The notes under the pieces are model-generated. The model had not been told where the DNA came from and did no database searches. It was given only the letters and a program-made list of their open reading frames with translations. The translations under genes were made by a program, and so were the position numbers. A DNA stretch of 64,000 nt from Octopus bimaculoides (lineage: Eukaryota). The stretch covers positions 93,581,290 to 93,645,289 of the forward strand of contig NC_068989.1 in assembly GCF_001194135.2 (NCBI RefSeq), in the 5' to 3' direction. Of this stretch, positions 24,538 through 36,669 are shown piece by piece (within the stretch, counting starts at the first letter, position 1; the number at the start of each line of letters is the position of its first letter).

Positions 24538-25358
24538 TGGTAAGATAGATTGTGAGAGATACAGGAGAAATGNNNNNNNNNNNNNNNNNNNNNNNNNNNN
24601 NNNNNNNNNNNNNNNNNNNNNNNNNNNNNNNNNNNNNNNNNNNNNNNNNNNNNNNNNNNNNNNNNNNNNNNNNNNNNNNNNNNNNNNNNNNNNNNNNNNN
24701 NNNNNNNNNNNNNNNNNNNNNNNNNNNNNNNNNNNNNNNNNNNNNNNNNNNNNNNNNNNNNNNNNNNNNNNNNNNNNNNNNNNNNNNNNNNNNNNNNNNN
24801 NNNNNNNNNNNNNNNNNNNNNNNNNNNNNNNNNNNNNNNNNNNNNNNNNNNNNNNNNNNNNNNNNNNNNNNNNNNNNNNNNNNNNNNNNNNNNNNNNNNN
24901 NNNNNNNNNNNNNNNNNNNNNNNNNNNNNNNNNNNNNNNNNNNNNNNNNNNNNNNNNNNNNNNNNNNNNNNNNNNNNNNNNNNNNNNNNNNNNNNNNNNN
25001 NNNNNNNNNNNNNNNNNNNNNNNNNNNNNNNNNNNNNNNNNNNNNNNNNNNNNNNNNNNNNNNNNNNNNNNNNNNNNNNNNNNNNNNNNNNNNNNNNNNN
25101 NNNNNNNNNNNNNNNNNNNNNNNNNNNNNNNNNNNNNNNNNNNNNNNNNNNNNNNNNNNNNNNNNNNNNNNNNNNNNNNNNNNNNNNNNNNNNNNNNNNN
25201 NNNNNNNNNNNNNNNNNNNNNNNNNNNNNNNNNNNNNNNNNNNNNNNNNNNNNNNNNNNNNNNNNNNNNNNNNNNNNNNNNNNNNNNNNNNNNNNNNNNN
25301 NNNNNNNNNNNNNNNNNNNNNNNNNNNNNNNNNNNNNNNNNNNNNNNNNNNNNNNNNN

Positions 25359-25665
25359 GTGTTTATTGAGCGAAAACACCTCAAGCTGCACGAGGCTCAG
25401 GCAGGGGATGGTGGCAAACCCTGCTGTACTCTTTGACCACAACTTTCTCTCACTTTTACTTCCTGTTTCTCTTGTGCCTGTAATTCAAAGGACCAGCCTT
25501 GTCACACTCTGTGTCACGCTGAATAGCCCCGAGAACTACGTTAAGGGTACACGTGTCTGAGGTGTGCTCAGTCACTTGCACGTTAATTTCACAAGCAGGC
25601 TGTTCCGTTGATCGGATCAGCTGGAACTCTCGACGTCAAAAGCGACAGAGTGCCAACCAACCATA
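25359..25665 (+). mobile_element. SINE family 3, second copy (5' end in gap)
   Basis: Near-identical to the 3' part of 26709-27092. Confidence 0.9.
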
Positions 25666-25866
25666 AGCAACTTTACGCTGCCTTTTCTGCAGGACCGGTA
25701 TCAACTTAACACAGCTCTATATTTAAAAAGCAGCACATGTGCTAGGACACAACAACCTCCTAAGCAGACCGAGTGCAGATATGAGTAGCATATGGGAACT
25801 TGTATTAATGAAGGATAGGAAAATATTAGATTTATAAGGCCTAAAATTCACTCCATAATTGCCCAC

Positions 25867-26010
25867 GGGCATATGGCGCGGGCTACTAACCCCAAGATTC
25901 CGAGTTCGATTCCAAGCAGTGACATGAATAATGATAATAATAACACCTTAGGAATGAGAACCCAGGTTCGAAATTTCCCCAAGACACCTGATGAAGGCTG
26001 GAGGGTATAT
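25867..26010 (+). mobile_element. tRNA-headed element ending in the 5' half of a hammerhead-like motif
   Basis: gggcatatggcg...gagttcgattcc (B box), AAT-rich linker, then caagacac CTGATGA aggctg gagggtatat; cut off by a degenerate minisatellite. Confidence 0.5.
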
Positions 26011-26295
26011 CTTCTTAGCCCTAAAATGTGTGCCCCTTCTCTCCCTTCATCTTAGCCCTACAATATGTGCCCCTACTCCGCTGTTCTCCAATATGTGCCA
26101 TCTTCTCCTAGCCCTAGAAAGTGCGCTTCCTTCTTTCAACCTCTCAATATGCGTCTTATTCTGCCAACCCTACAACATATAACCTCTCCCATAGACCCAC
26201 AATGTGTATTTCCTTCTCTCAGCCCTAATATGCGAGCTCCTCCTTGTCCTCCGATGTGCGCGTTCTTCTTCCACCTCTACAATGTGAACCCTTTT
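26011..26295 (+). repeat. Degenerate pyrimidine-rich minisatellite (recurring ccct(a)caat(a)tgtgc-like core)
   Basis: About 8-9 irregular units of roughly 30 nt. Confidence 0.6.
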
Positions 26296-26354
26296 TAACA
26301 ATTTCAAGAATTATGATTAAGAAACACCCAATAAATCTATAACATTATTATCAT

Positions 26355-26623
26355 GGAGTAAAGATTATTTGCCAACATAACATGGCAGTCCTGGTTTAGG
26401 ACGAATGTTGCTGCAATTTAGCTCCAGGTGACATCGTCTTCAGTTGGCTATACGACACGATCTGTGTCCTTATAGTCCCTTGCTAGATTCCCTTGTTCGA
26501 AAATATAAGGACACAGATCGTGACGAATAGCCGGCTGGAGGCGATGTCTCCTGAGGCTAAATTACTGCAACATTAGTCCTAAACCAGGACTGCCATGTTA
26601 TGTTGACAAATATTCTTTACTCC
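26355..26623. repeat. Long inverted repeat / MITE-like hairpin, about 120-bp arms, 29-nt spacer
   Basis: Left arm ggagtaaagattatttgccaacataacatggcagtcctggtttaggac...gatctgtgtccttata (26355-26474) is the reverse complement of 26504-26623, about 14 mismatches by hand count. Confidence 0.95.
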
Positions 26624-26708
26624 AAAGTACTGTGGCTGAATATCTCTCGTTGTGAGATTTACAATTAGTCATTTCCATTATTATCATGCTTGACACCGTA
26701 ACTTTAGT

Positions 26709-27092
26709 GGAGGCGCAATGGTCCAGTGGTAAGGGCAGTGGACTCGCGGTCATAGGATCGCGGTTTCGATTCCCAGACGGGCGTTGTGAGTGTTTATTGA
26801 GCGAAAACACCTAAAGCTCCACGAGGCTCCGGCAGGGGATGGTGGCGAACCCTGCTGTACTCTTTCACCACAACTTTCTCTCACTCTTGCTTCCTGTTTC
26901 TGTTGTGCCTGTAATTCAATGGGTCAGCCTTGTCAGACTGTGTCACGCTGAATATCCCCGAGAACTACGTTAAGGGTACACGTGTCTGTGGAGTGCTCAG
27001 CCACTTGCACGTTAATTTCACGAGCAGGCTGTTCCGTTGATCGGATCAACTGGAGCACTCGACGTCGTAGGCGACGGAGTGCCAACAAAACA
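26709..27092 (+). mobile_element. Full-length tRNA-derived SINE (family 3)
   Basis: ggaggcgcaatggtccagtggtaagg (A box)...ggtttcgattccc (B box), unique body, short (aac) tail; second copy at 25359-25665. Confidence 0.88.
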
Positions 27093-27714
27093 ATATGTGT
27101 ATATANNNNNNNNNNNNNNNNNNNNNNNNNNNNNNNNNNNNNNNNNNNNNNNNNNNNNNNNNNNNNNNNNNNNNNNNNNNNNNNNNNNNNNNNNNNNNNN
27201 NNNNNNNNNNNNNNNNNNNNNNNNNNNNNNNNNNNNNNNNNNNNNNNNNNNNNNNNNNNNNNNNNNNNNNNNNNNNNNNNNNNNNNNNNNNNNNNNNNNN
27301 NNNNNNNNNNNNNNNNNNNNNNNNNNNNNNNNNNNNNNNNNNNNNNNNNNNNNNNNNNNNNNNNNNNNNNNNNNNNNNNNNNNNNNNNNNNNNNNNNNNN
27401 NNNNNNNNNNNNNNNNNNNNNNNNNNNNNNNNNNNNNNNNNNNNNNTATATATATATGTATGTATGTATGAATTTAGATAGTATACACGTGAGGAAAATA
27501 GATGAAATATACCAGCGTCTCTATGTATGTTTAGGTTGTGTTTGTGCGTACTTTTCTTCAATACAAGTATACATATGTTTGTATGTATGTATGTGTGTAG
27601 ATATGTCTGTTTCTCTTTATCTCTTAACATAAAATACATAGATTTATATAATTAAGTTTGTGTACATATGTGTGTGCGTATACACACCCACACACACACC
27701 AACACACACGCACC

Positions 27715-27759
<45 letters not shown>

Positions 27760-28989
27760 CCGTTCCTGTGCGCATACAAATATTTATAAAATCAGTGAAT
27801 TGAACCTTATATATGATTAATCTTTTGCAAAACCAATTTCATCGATAGGAAACATTTATAACTGAGTGTATAGTGAAGCCATGTTGTACACCTTTGTACA
27901 TTTAGTGATGATATGTCGGCAGATATAGCGAAAAAGTTCAATGGAATCGACTCGCCATTTAGATGTCAAGATATTAATCAAACAATCTCTTCCATTTACC
28001 AAGTTTAGCTGTAGATTTAAAACACGTATTTGACCCAATGGACGTCACTCGAAGTCAAAGCAGCCAAGAAGTTGATGGGAAAAGTTAGAAACGATCGTCT
28101 GCTTGATGAATACCGCAGTATATGATTATAAATTGTGTTCTTTATGTCTTGTTTTTGTTTCCTATTTAATATTACAGTCGTCATTTCGATATGTAATCAC
28201 GTTCTGATGGAACAGATTCAGATGTAAACTAGTTTAGAGCAAAAGAATAGATTTTTCACAATCTAACTTCTACGAGTTAACTTTTAAATTACGAAATATC
28301 GTCGCTGGTTAACTGGTTATATTTTAATCACGTCCATCTCGTGACCTTTATTGAAAATAATGTGAGACATCCCAAACGATAAACTTTGATACTATATTAG
28401 TAATAAAAGAGAGATACATTCTCTTCCATTTGCTAACACTTTTATTTCTTCTTTTCACCATTTCATCGTCACATCTCTTTTTACATCTGACACACAGGTC
28501 TTTCGGCTGTCAGCTACGTTAACAAGAATTATATATAAACATGGCTGTTTGGTTTACAAGCTCTTTTATCGACCACAAAGCTTCCGGTTTCAGTTCCACT
28601 GCGTGTGAGGCTAATCGATGACTTGTGAGTGAATTTAGTGAATGGAAACTGTATGGAAGCCCGTCATCTCAATTTTTTTCTTATTACTTGTTTTATCCAT
28701 TAGACTGCGGTCATGCTGGGGCACCGGCTTGAAGAATTTTTAGTCGGATAAACCGACATCAGTACTTTGTTTTTAAGGATGAGACTTATTCTATCGATAT
28801 CTTATGCCGAACCGGTAAGTTCCGAAAACGTAAGCACAGCAACACTGGTTGTAAAGCAGTGGTGGATGACAAACACACACGAAAATACACACATACTCTT
28901 ATTATCTTTCTCAGACACTTGGTTAAATAAATGAATACATATTCCACTCTCAAACTTATTACTCCATCTATCTACCTATCTATCTATCT

Positions 28990-29830
28990 ATCTATCTTTT
29001 TTCTGTCTGTCTGTTTGTCTGTCCCTCCGTGCATGTGTCTATACATCCATCCGTCCGTCTGTCCGACACCCACCTTTCAGCCTGTCTGCCCGTCTGTCTG
29101 TCTGTCTGTCTGCCCGTCCGTCTTCCCATTTGTCTGTCTGTCTGCCGTCTGTCCGTCCGTCCGTCTGTCTGCTCATCCGTCTGTCTGCCCGTCCATCCAC
29201 CCCTCCGTATGTCTGTCTGCCCGTCCGTCTGTCTGTCTGCTCGTCTCTCCGTCCGTCCGTCTGTCTGTCCTTCCCTCTGTCCGTCCGTCTGTCTGTCCGC
29301 CTGTCTGTCCGTCTGTCCGTCCGTCTGTCCATCCNNNNNNNNNNNNNNNNNNNNNNNNNNNNNNNNNNNNNNNNNNNNNNNNNNNNNNNNNNNNNNNNNN
29401 NNNNNNNNNNNNNNNNNNNNNNNNNNNNNNNNNNNNNNNNNNNNNNNNNNNNNNNNNNNNNNNNNNNNNNNNNNNNNNNNNNNNNNNNNNNNNNNNNNNN
29501 NNNNNNNNNNNNNNNNNNNNNNNNNNNNNNNNNNNNNNNNNNNNNNNNNNNNNNNNNNNNNNNNNNNNNNNNNNNNNNNNNNNNNNNNNNNNNNNNNNNN
29601 NNNNNNNNNNNNNNNNNNNNNNNNNNNNNNNNNNNNNNNNNNNNNNNNNNNNNNNNNNNGTCCGCCTGCCTGTCTGCCCATCTGTCTGCCCGTCTGTCTG
29701 CCCGTCCTTCCCTCCGTCCGTCTGCCCGTCTGCTTGCCCGTACGTCCCTCCGTCCGTCTATCTGTCCCTCTATCTGTCCGCCTGCCTGTCTGCCCATCTG
29801 TCTGCCCGTCTGTCTGCCCGTCTGTCTGTC
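28990..29830 (+). repeat. Compound (TCTG/TCCG)n tetranucleotide repeat spanning a gap
   Basis: Mixed gtct/gtcc units; source of the SVCP/TDGQ ORFs. Confidence 0.95.
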
Positions 29831-30349
29831 TATGCTGCAGCAGCATGTAGTCGATTACCATGACATTTCACGCAGCAATGTTCGTAGTGATCCGGTAATT
29901 CTACTTAAGTCGATGTATCTAAATTGTTTTGTCTTGTCATATAAAACACTCATTGATATTTCGGATAGATTTCTCACAAAAAGGCCAATGGATGTCTATT
30001 TTCCTTTAAATAACAATGGCCGAAACATATCTCCATCAACGTTGTTGAACTTTTCATTAAACATGTCGAGGATTTGAAGTAATATTGTCTTCTATCTTTA
30101 AGTGTTTCTTTATCAGAATATTATTAAAGGCGGTGAATTGGTAAAATCATTATATCATCGTTATTTGTTCCGGCTGAGTGTGTGTTGCTGACTACGTTTA
30201 AACCCTGTTGAGGTCGATTTTGACTATCGTGCTTTTTGGGGTCAATAAATAAAGTCTCACACAATGGAGGTGTGGTCTTCTCAGTTGTGGAATTCGTGGC
30301 GGCGCCGTCGTGATCGAAGGCGTGTATTGTACACTTTAAATGAGGGTCA

Positions 30350-30590
30350 GCCCAAAGCCTAGTGGTCAACGTGTTGCACTCACAATCGAAAAATCGTGGT
30401 TTCGATTCCGGAACCAGGCAGCATGTTGCATTCTTGAGCAAGACACTTCGTTTCACATTGCCGTATTCCACTCATCTGTACATGGGAAACAACCCTGTGA
30501 CGGACTGACCTCTTGTTCAAAAGGGTTGTTGTGATCTAGGCCACTTATATGCCATGGGATCCGGGCAACCGGTCCTACGAGTCGTAGGAC
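30350..30590 (+). mobile_element. tRNA-derived SINE (family 4-like)
   Basis: cctagtggtc...ggtttcgattccgg...gcattcttgagcaagacact block shared with 43585-43898 and 19250-19400. Confidence 0.65.
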
Positions 30591-30642
30591 TCGAAACAGT
30601 GTTGTTCACGGGTTGTTGTGGTTGTTGCTGTTGTTGATGATA

Positions 30643-30682
<40 letters not shown>

Positions 30683-31170
30683 CGATGACGACGACGACGA
30701 TGACGATGATGATTCCATCGGACGTTGCCGAATTTTAAGAGATAAGCTGTGAATGGGTGTATAGATGAAAGAGAAAGAGAGAGAAAGAAAGAGAGAGAGA
30801 GAGAAAGAGGGGGGATAGAGATGAGAAAGGGGGAGAGAGAGAGACAGACAGACAGAAAGCAAGGAGAGAGAGAGAAATTGAGAACAGGTCCCTATGGAAG
30901 AGGTACCTGGAGATTCTACCACCACCACCCGGCCAGGAATTGTGGGCGGAGAAGACGGATGGATAGTGAAGCAGGAATTATTATACTCCTGCTTTGTCAA
31001 CGAGTATCACTTAACTGTATAAGTTATCGTACCTAGTTGAATCTAGTCTCAACGATACGTTACGACGCACCAATCTACAATCGTCACAAAGTTAATTAAA
31101 CTTCTACAATTAAGGTAATGATAAACGTAGAGCTCAAAGGAAAGTAAAAAAGAAAGGAAAACAAAAATAC

Positions 31171-31938
31171 CTCCAATAGGTGGCCCGATCAGTGAGCCAA
31201 TTCCTGTGAAGAACATGAGTAACCCGTATCCAGCTGGTAACTGTTCCACTCCTAGCAAACGTACAACAATCGGTCCTTGGACGGATATATTAGCACCCGT
31301 ATATAAACCCCAACAAACCGAAAACACAGCTTGACCCAAATATGTTTGTGCGAATGTTTTGAAAAACAGCGTACCAAATCCCAAAACCCCTGATGTACCA
31401 AAATATATCACAATGCTGTCAACATTAGAATCATTGGCAGTAATGCCACCCAACAGCCGTCCACAAATGCTGCCGATTCCGGCAATGGACATTAAAAATG
31501 CAGCTTCGTATTTAGAATTCCCTGTAGAGTTTGAATAATATGGTAAACCTTGAGCGATGAATGTGTAGGCAAGATTCCACCAAAGGATACTCATGATATA
31601 GAAATCAAAGGATAAATTCCGGAAAATGGAAGGTCTTTGTGGAATATGTTCTGCTGTTACGTATTGTTGTTTCTTGAAATGTCTTTTAGATTTAATTTCC
31701 AATTGATTTGGGGCAATAAGAAGTCCAAAGGCTGAGAAATGTAAGCATATGGCGGAAATTAGCATCAAACCTCCTTGAAGTTGATAGTAGTTGAAGATGC
31801 GTTGAATTGCTGGTGGGAAGACTACCATGGCTATACCAGCACCTGAAGTAGCAATACCAGCTGCAAAGTAGAGTCGTTTCTTGAAATAATAGCCGAGTCC
31901 AACAACATTCAGGGTATAGCAGAAACCATGGCCAATTC
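31171..31938 (-). CDS. Gene B coding exon 3 (TM4-TM11), 768 nt
   Basis: Acceptor ctttttctttgttcttttAG; GIGHGFCYTLNVVGLGYYFKKRLYFAAGIATSGAGIAMVVFPP (MCT YFxKRR-like motif)...AAFLMSIAGIGSICGRLLGG...GPIVVRLLGVEQLPAGYG...GSLIGPPIG; donor GTATTT, phase 1. Confidence 0.95.
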
Positions 31939-32393
31939 CTAAAAGAACAAAGAAAAAGTATAATTATTTGATAACTTACAACAGTTCCCGACATTGCGTG
32001 GCTTTATAAATGACTACAGAAAAAATCGCATGAATACCCTAAATTTATGTTCAATTATTTTAAAGTGAAGCGGACAATCTTCTAGTTGTTTTGGAACGTT
32101 AATCTGCTCAGAATTATTCCATATAAACCACCTAGAATGCGGTTCAAGCTGAGCTTCTTAAAAATAAAAACAAAATGGCTGTGGTACATCGTCGATTATG
32201 ACGACGGGTGTTCCAGCAGACTCAATCAAAGGAACAGCCTTCTCGTAAAAATTCAAGTGCAGGTGGATGAGTACTCCACAGACAAAACGCACCCCTAATA
32301 TAATTCTCAAAAAGATTCAGCGTGGCACAGTTTCTGACAAGGCCGACCTTCTGAACTACAAGTAGAACTAATTTAAAATAAAACAAAATAATA

Positions 32394-32448
<55 letters not shown>

Positions 32449-32869
32449 CAATTTTACAGAAATTTCTTTTTCATGTTTTTTTTACTAAAATAAAATCAAT
32501 TTAAATGATATAATTTTACTAACTGATAATATTTTCCATTATTGCAGTTCTAAAGGTTATACAATACTTAGAGCTTACCTAAGAATATAGAAAGTACCAG
32601 AAAGAAAGGCACATTACCTGCTATATACACACGCGCGCACATGCGCATACACATACATTCATACATTCATACATATATGGTGACAGGTGATTGCACCATC
32701 TTCATAGATGATCGCTGCCTCTTTGTGCTTTCTCGCTGCCAGTGTCATTTTTAGCTTTCCGACCATGACCTCTCAGATGACCAGTCAGTACTTTGTGGAG
32801 ATTGGCATGGTTTAAAACACAGGTGACGAACGAACGTTGTAACTTTTGCTGGATCGATCGGTCCCTTTG

Positions 32870-32990
32870 CGATCCATCCATCCATCCATCCATCCATCCA
32901 TCCATCCATCCATCCATCCATCCATCTATCCATCCATCCATCTATCCATCCATCCATACATACATACATACATACATGCATGCTTGCATA
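32870..32990 (+). repeat. (ATCC)n then (ATAC)n microsatellite
   Basis: Read directly. Confidence 0.95.
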
Positions 32991-33199
32991 TACATAATAT
33001 ACATACATACGTGCAAACATACATGCATACATGCATTAATGTATATTTGTCTCTGTTAACTAGATCTCAAAGATGGAGCCTTCTATCTTTGTTGGAAACC
33101 AGCTCCGTCCTCAGTGGAAGATTTATAATAATTAAAAAATAGAATAGATATACATACGTGCAAACATACATACACACAACCGAAGAAAGATTGTAGACT

Positions 33200-33350
33200 G
33201 GACAAAGAACATGTACAACAACAGCTTCTCTATCTCCCCTGTCTCTAATGATGAAAGCTATAAGTACCTCGGAATCGAATGTTGCATACGTTGGTGCTGT
33301 GACTAAAGCCAGAATTACAAAAGAGTGTTTCTGTAGACTTGGAAATATGG
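33200..33350 (+). mobile_element. Short RLE-LINE fragment related to 3735-4615
   Basis: ISPVSNDESYKYLGIE...KARITKECFCRL resembles the YKYLG RT C-terminal motif and the RVTRECYTRL segment. Confidence 0.55.
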
Positions 33351-33992
33351 AACACATGTACAGCGGTGGAATATTTTTGGTCATGTTTTTACGTGATCAG
33401 GTTTGTTCTGTAGATTACCAGCAATGTGGATGTCTGTAACAACCACTTAGTCTATTTTCTTCTAACCGTCTTTTATGACAATCCTTGCTGGTAATGTATA
33501 GGCTTCACTCAATCAAACTGTAACTGCTGTCAAGTTGTTTGGTGACCGAAGAATTTTGGGGACTCTGTGCTACGGCCAACTAGTTTTTCTACGTAGCTAT
33601 TGTTGTTGTTGTTTTTGTCGTATCATCAGTTTTAACATTCACTCATACAACAAGACAATGGACAACAAAAACGCACAAATAATCTAATAACAACACATAA
33701 ATTATAAAATTCCCGATGAAAACATGCTGGCTGCTAAAATGACAGCATCTACCGTCTGATAAAACATATTAACAGCTTTCATCTTCTTTCAAATTATAAT
33801 TATCGGATACTTTCCGTGCATTATTTTTTTATTCTATAATAAGTCATTCCTTAACTCACTTTTGCCAATAATTGTGAAAGGTAAAGAATTTTCTGTCCCT
33901 ATTGAGAAGAACCTGTGATTGGGGTGCGTCTCCTTATGTGTCAAATGAGCTAAATGCATAAACTATTTACATAAAAACGGAGACCAACTTAC

Positions 33993-34136
33993 CAGCCACT
34001 ACTCCGAATGTGATATATAGAATGTAAATATTTTTTATGAAAGCACTACTTAGTGTTCCAATAAATACCAATAAACCACCAAAGAATATTGTTGGTTGAC
34101 AATGGAAGCGACTGATGACAAGACTGACCACTGGAC
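33993..34136 (-). CDS. Gene B coding exon 2 (TM3-TM4), 144 nt, not in the ORF track
   Basis: Acceptor ttttttcttttaattttAG; GPVVSLVISRFHCQPTIFFGGLLVFIGTLSSAFIKNIYILYITFGVVAG; donor GTAAGT; phase 1/1. Confidence 0.95.
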
Positions 34137-34269
34137 CTAAAATTAAAAGAAAAAAAGAATATAGAATATGTGAAAACAGTACAAAGTAGGGATTATGGTT
34201 TGTATTTAGGTTTGAATTGTAATTAAATTGTTCCGCTATAATAAATCTTCGAGAATTATTACTTCAAAG

Positions 34270-34762
34270 GCGGCGAACCAGCAGAATCATTAGAACGGTG
34301 GGAGAAAAACGCCTTGCAGCATTGCTCTGGTCCTTTATATTAAGTTCAAATTCCCTCAAGATCGACTTTCTTTTCTATTCTAGACACAAGACCCGAAATT
34401 TATTTTGTGGGGTCGGTGAAAGGCAAAGTCGACTTCGGCGGAATTTGAACTAAGAAGGTAAAGACAGACCAAATACCGCTAAGCATTTCGCCCGGCGTGC
34501 TAACGATTCTTTTCTACTCTAGGCACAAGGCCCGAAATTTTGGGGAGGGGGCCAGTCAATTAGATCGATCCCAGTACGCAACTCGTACTTAATTCATTGA
34601 GCCCGAAAGAATGAAAGGCAAAATCGTGCTCGGCAGAATTTGAACTCAGAACGTAACGGAAGGATACAAAGCAAAGTCGACATCGTTATAATCTGAACTC
34701 AAAGGCAGACGAAATGCCGCTAAGCATTTTACCCGGCGCTGTAACGGTTCTGCCAGCTCGCC
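34270..34762. mobile_element. Nested family 1 SINE pile-up in gene B intron
   Basis: One + fragment (about 34270-34370) and several - copies; 34518-34762 is near full length with a duplicated head segment. Confidence 0.85.
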
Positions 34763-34851
34763 GCATTTTGGGTGGTACTTTAATTACAAGCCATTTCTAT
34801 CTGAATGCTTTATTTCGAAATAAAAAATAAATACGTAGAAAATACATTTAC

Positions 34852-35050
34852 CTATAACTTGAGAACATGCTACATGAAGAGAGCCAAGCCAGTCTACTTT
34901 GATGAGATCTTCTTTAAACTCTTCTAGAATGGCTAGTTTCATGATTCCAGTGCCATAGATAAACATTGCAGATAACATCTGAATAAAGAAGCTTGAGGTT
35001 AACACTATCCATGCCCATCCTGTGTCAGGAGTGTTTCTTGACAAAACCAT
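34852..35050 (-). CDS. Gene B first coding exon (TM1-TM2)
   Basis: ATG at 35050: MVLSRNTPDTGWAWIVLTSSFFIQMLSAMFIYGTGIMKLAILEEF...WLGSL (SLC16 PDxGWxW signature); donor GTAAAT; upstream acceptor ttttgttttgcAG at 35087-35088 implies a further 5'UTR exon. Confidence 0.95.
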
Positions 35051-35952
35051 TGTTAATTCACTTCTTAGAAAGTAAAATCGATAGCTCTGCAAAACAAAAA
35101 CAAAAAAAAACATCAAATGAAAAATACGTATTATTGATGATAAATAAATTAACAAAGGTCTAGGGGTACCTTTGTGGATGTGGGTTCAGTTCCAATGCGC
35201 GGCAGCTTGAAAAATCGGAGTGAGAAAAAGGAAATATGTTTGAAAAGAAAAAAAGACAAAAACAAAGCCAAAATGCACTGGCGAAATATTAAGAGCGAGA
35301 TGTGAATGCGGTTGTATTGGGAGTTATGAATGGCGGAAAGGGCGGCGAGTAAGTATTCACTCATATAGGAGTGCATCCTTATTCTGAGATAGTCCTAAGA
35401 GGAAGTTGTGTGTGTGTAGAGGTATATAAGTGCAACAGTGGCGTGGGTCAGAGGGATGAAAGATGTGTTTTTTTCTTCCTTTTTCTTGCATACATTCCAA
35501 AACACCACGCCCAAACACCATTCACTCCTTAGGCATATCTCAAAATACGGATACTCTCCTACCCAAGCAGGCAACCGCCAGCCATTCTTTCCATCTTAAC
35601 TTCTCCATAGGACTGCATTTCTATCTGGTTTCCAGCCCCTCAACCGTTATTTTGGTTTTGATTAATTCTTTGGTTCCAGTAACAATTTTTTCTTTTTCTA
35701 GCCCTCCAATGCTTTTCCTTTCATGAAGAATTAACGTCCGAAATGTTAACATTCCCGCCATTCCTTTTAAGCATTATGCTAAAACTATATTTGCTAAAAC
35801 GCGTTCCTCCTGCACTGTCTTTTGCTTAATTTTGTTACTTGCAGCTTAAGCTTTCGTAAGATCGCTTCAGGAACCCAGCTCGACGTGCTCAGAATTCGAT
35901 CTCTGAATCCGATGAGCTGGGGCTGAATCAAACTGAATCAATATAAGTAAAA

Positions 35953-36158
35953 GCGGCGAGCTGGCAGAATGGTTAGCACACCAGGCGAAATGCTTAGCGG
36001 TATTTCGTCTGCCGCTACATTTTGAGTTCAAATTCCGCCGAGGTCGACTTTGCCTTTCATCCTTTCGGAGTCGATAAATTAAGTACCAGTTGCATACTGG
36101 GTCGATCTAATCGACTGGTCCCCTCCCCAAAAATTTCGGGCCTTGTGCCTAGAGTAGA
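35953..36158 (+). mobile_element. Family 1 SINE, full length
   Basis: gcggcgagctggcagaa (A box)...gagttcaaattcc (B box)...gcctttcatcctttcggagtcgataaattaagtacc core...gggccttgtgcctagagtaga tail. Confidence 0.9.
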
Positions 36159-36433
36159 NNNNNNNNNNNNNNNNNNNNNNNNNNNNNNNNNNNNNNNNNN
36201 NNNNNNNNNNNNNNNNNNNNNNNNNNNNNNNNNNNNNNNNNNNNNNNNNNNNNNNNNNNNNNNNNNNNNNNNNNNNNNNNNNNNNNNNNNNNNNNNNNNN
36301 NNNNNNNNNNNNNNNNNNNNNNNNNNNNNNNNNNNNNNNNNNNNNNNNNNNNNNNNNNNNNNNNNNNNNNNNNNNNNNNNNNNNNNNNNNNNNNNNNNNN
36401 NNNNNNNNNNNNNNNNNNNNNNNNNNNNNNNNN

Positions 36434-36490
<57 letters not shown>

Positions 36491-36669
36491 ACACATATCA
36501 AGCAGCGTGTACCTTATTATATTAATATATCGATTACGGCCGATCTTACCAATCGGTCTTGCACGGTATGAGACCAGATGCTAAATTACAGCATGGTTAA
36601 GCAATATCATGAGCTCATCATAACTGGTGGGTATGAATGAGACATGGTAATTGTCATATTTGCATTCCT

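Noticed and set aside
26709-26775. tRNA gene calls for SINE heads (also 43830-43898, 25867-25925)
   Set aside because: A/B boxes are present but there is no complete cloverleaf, and they continue into SINE bodies found in several copies.
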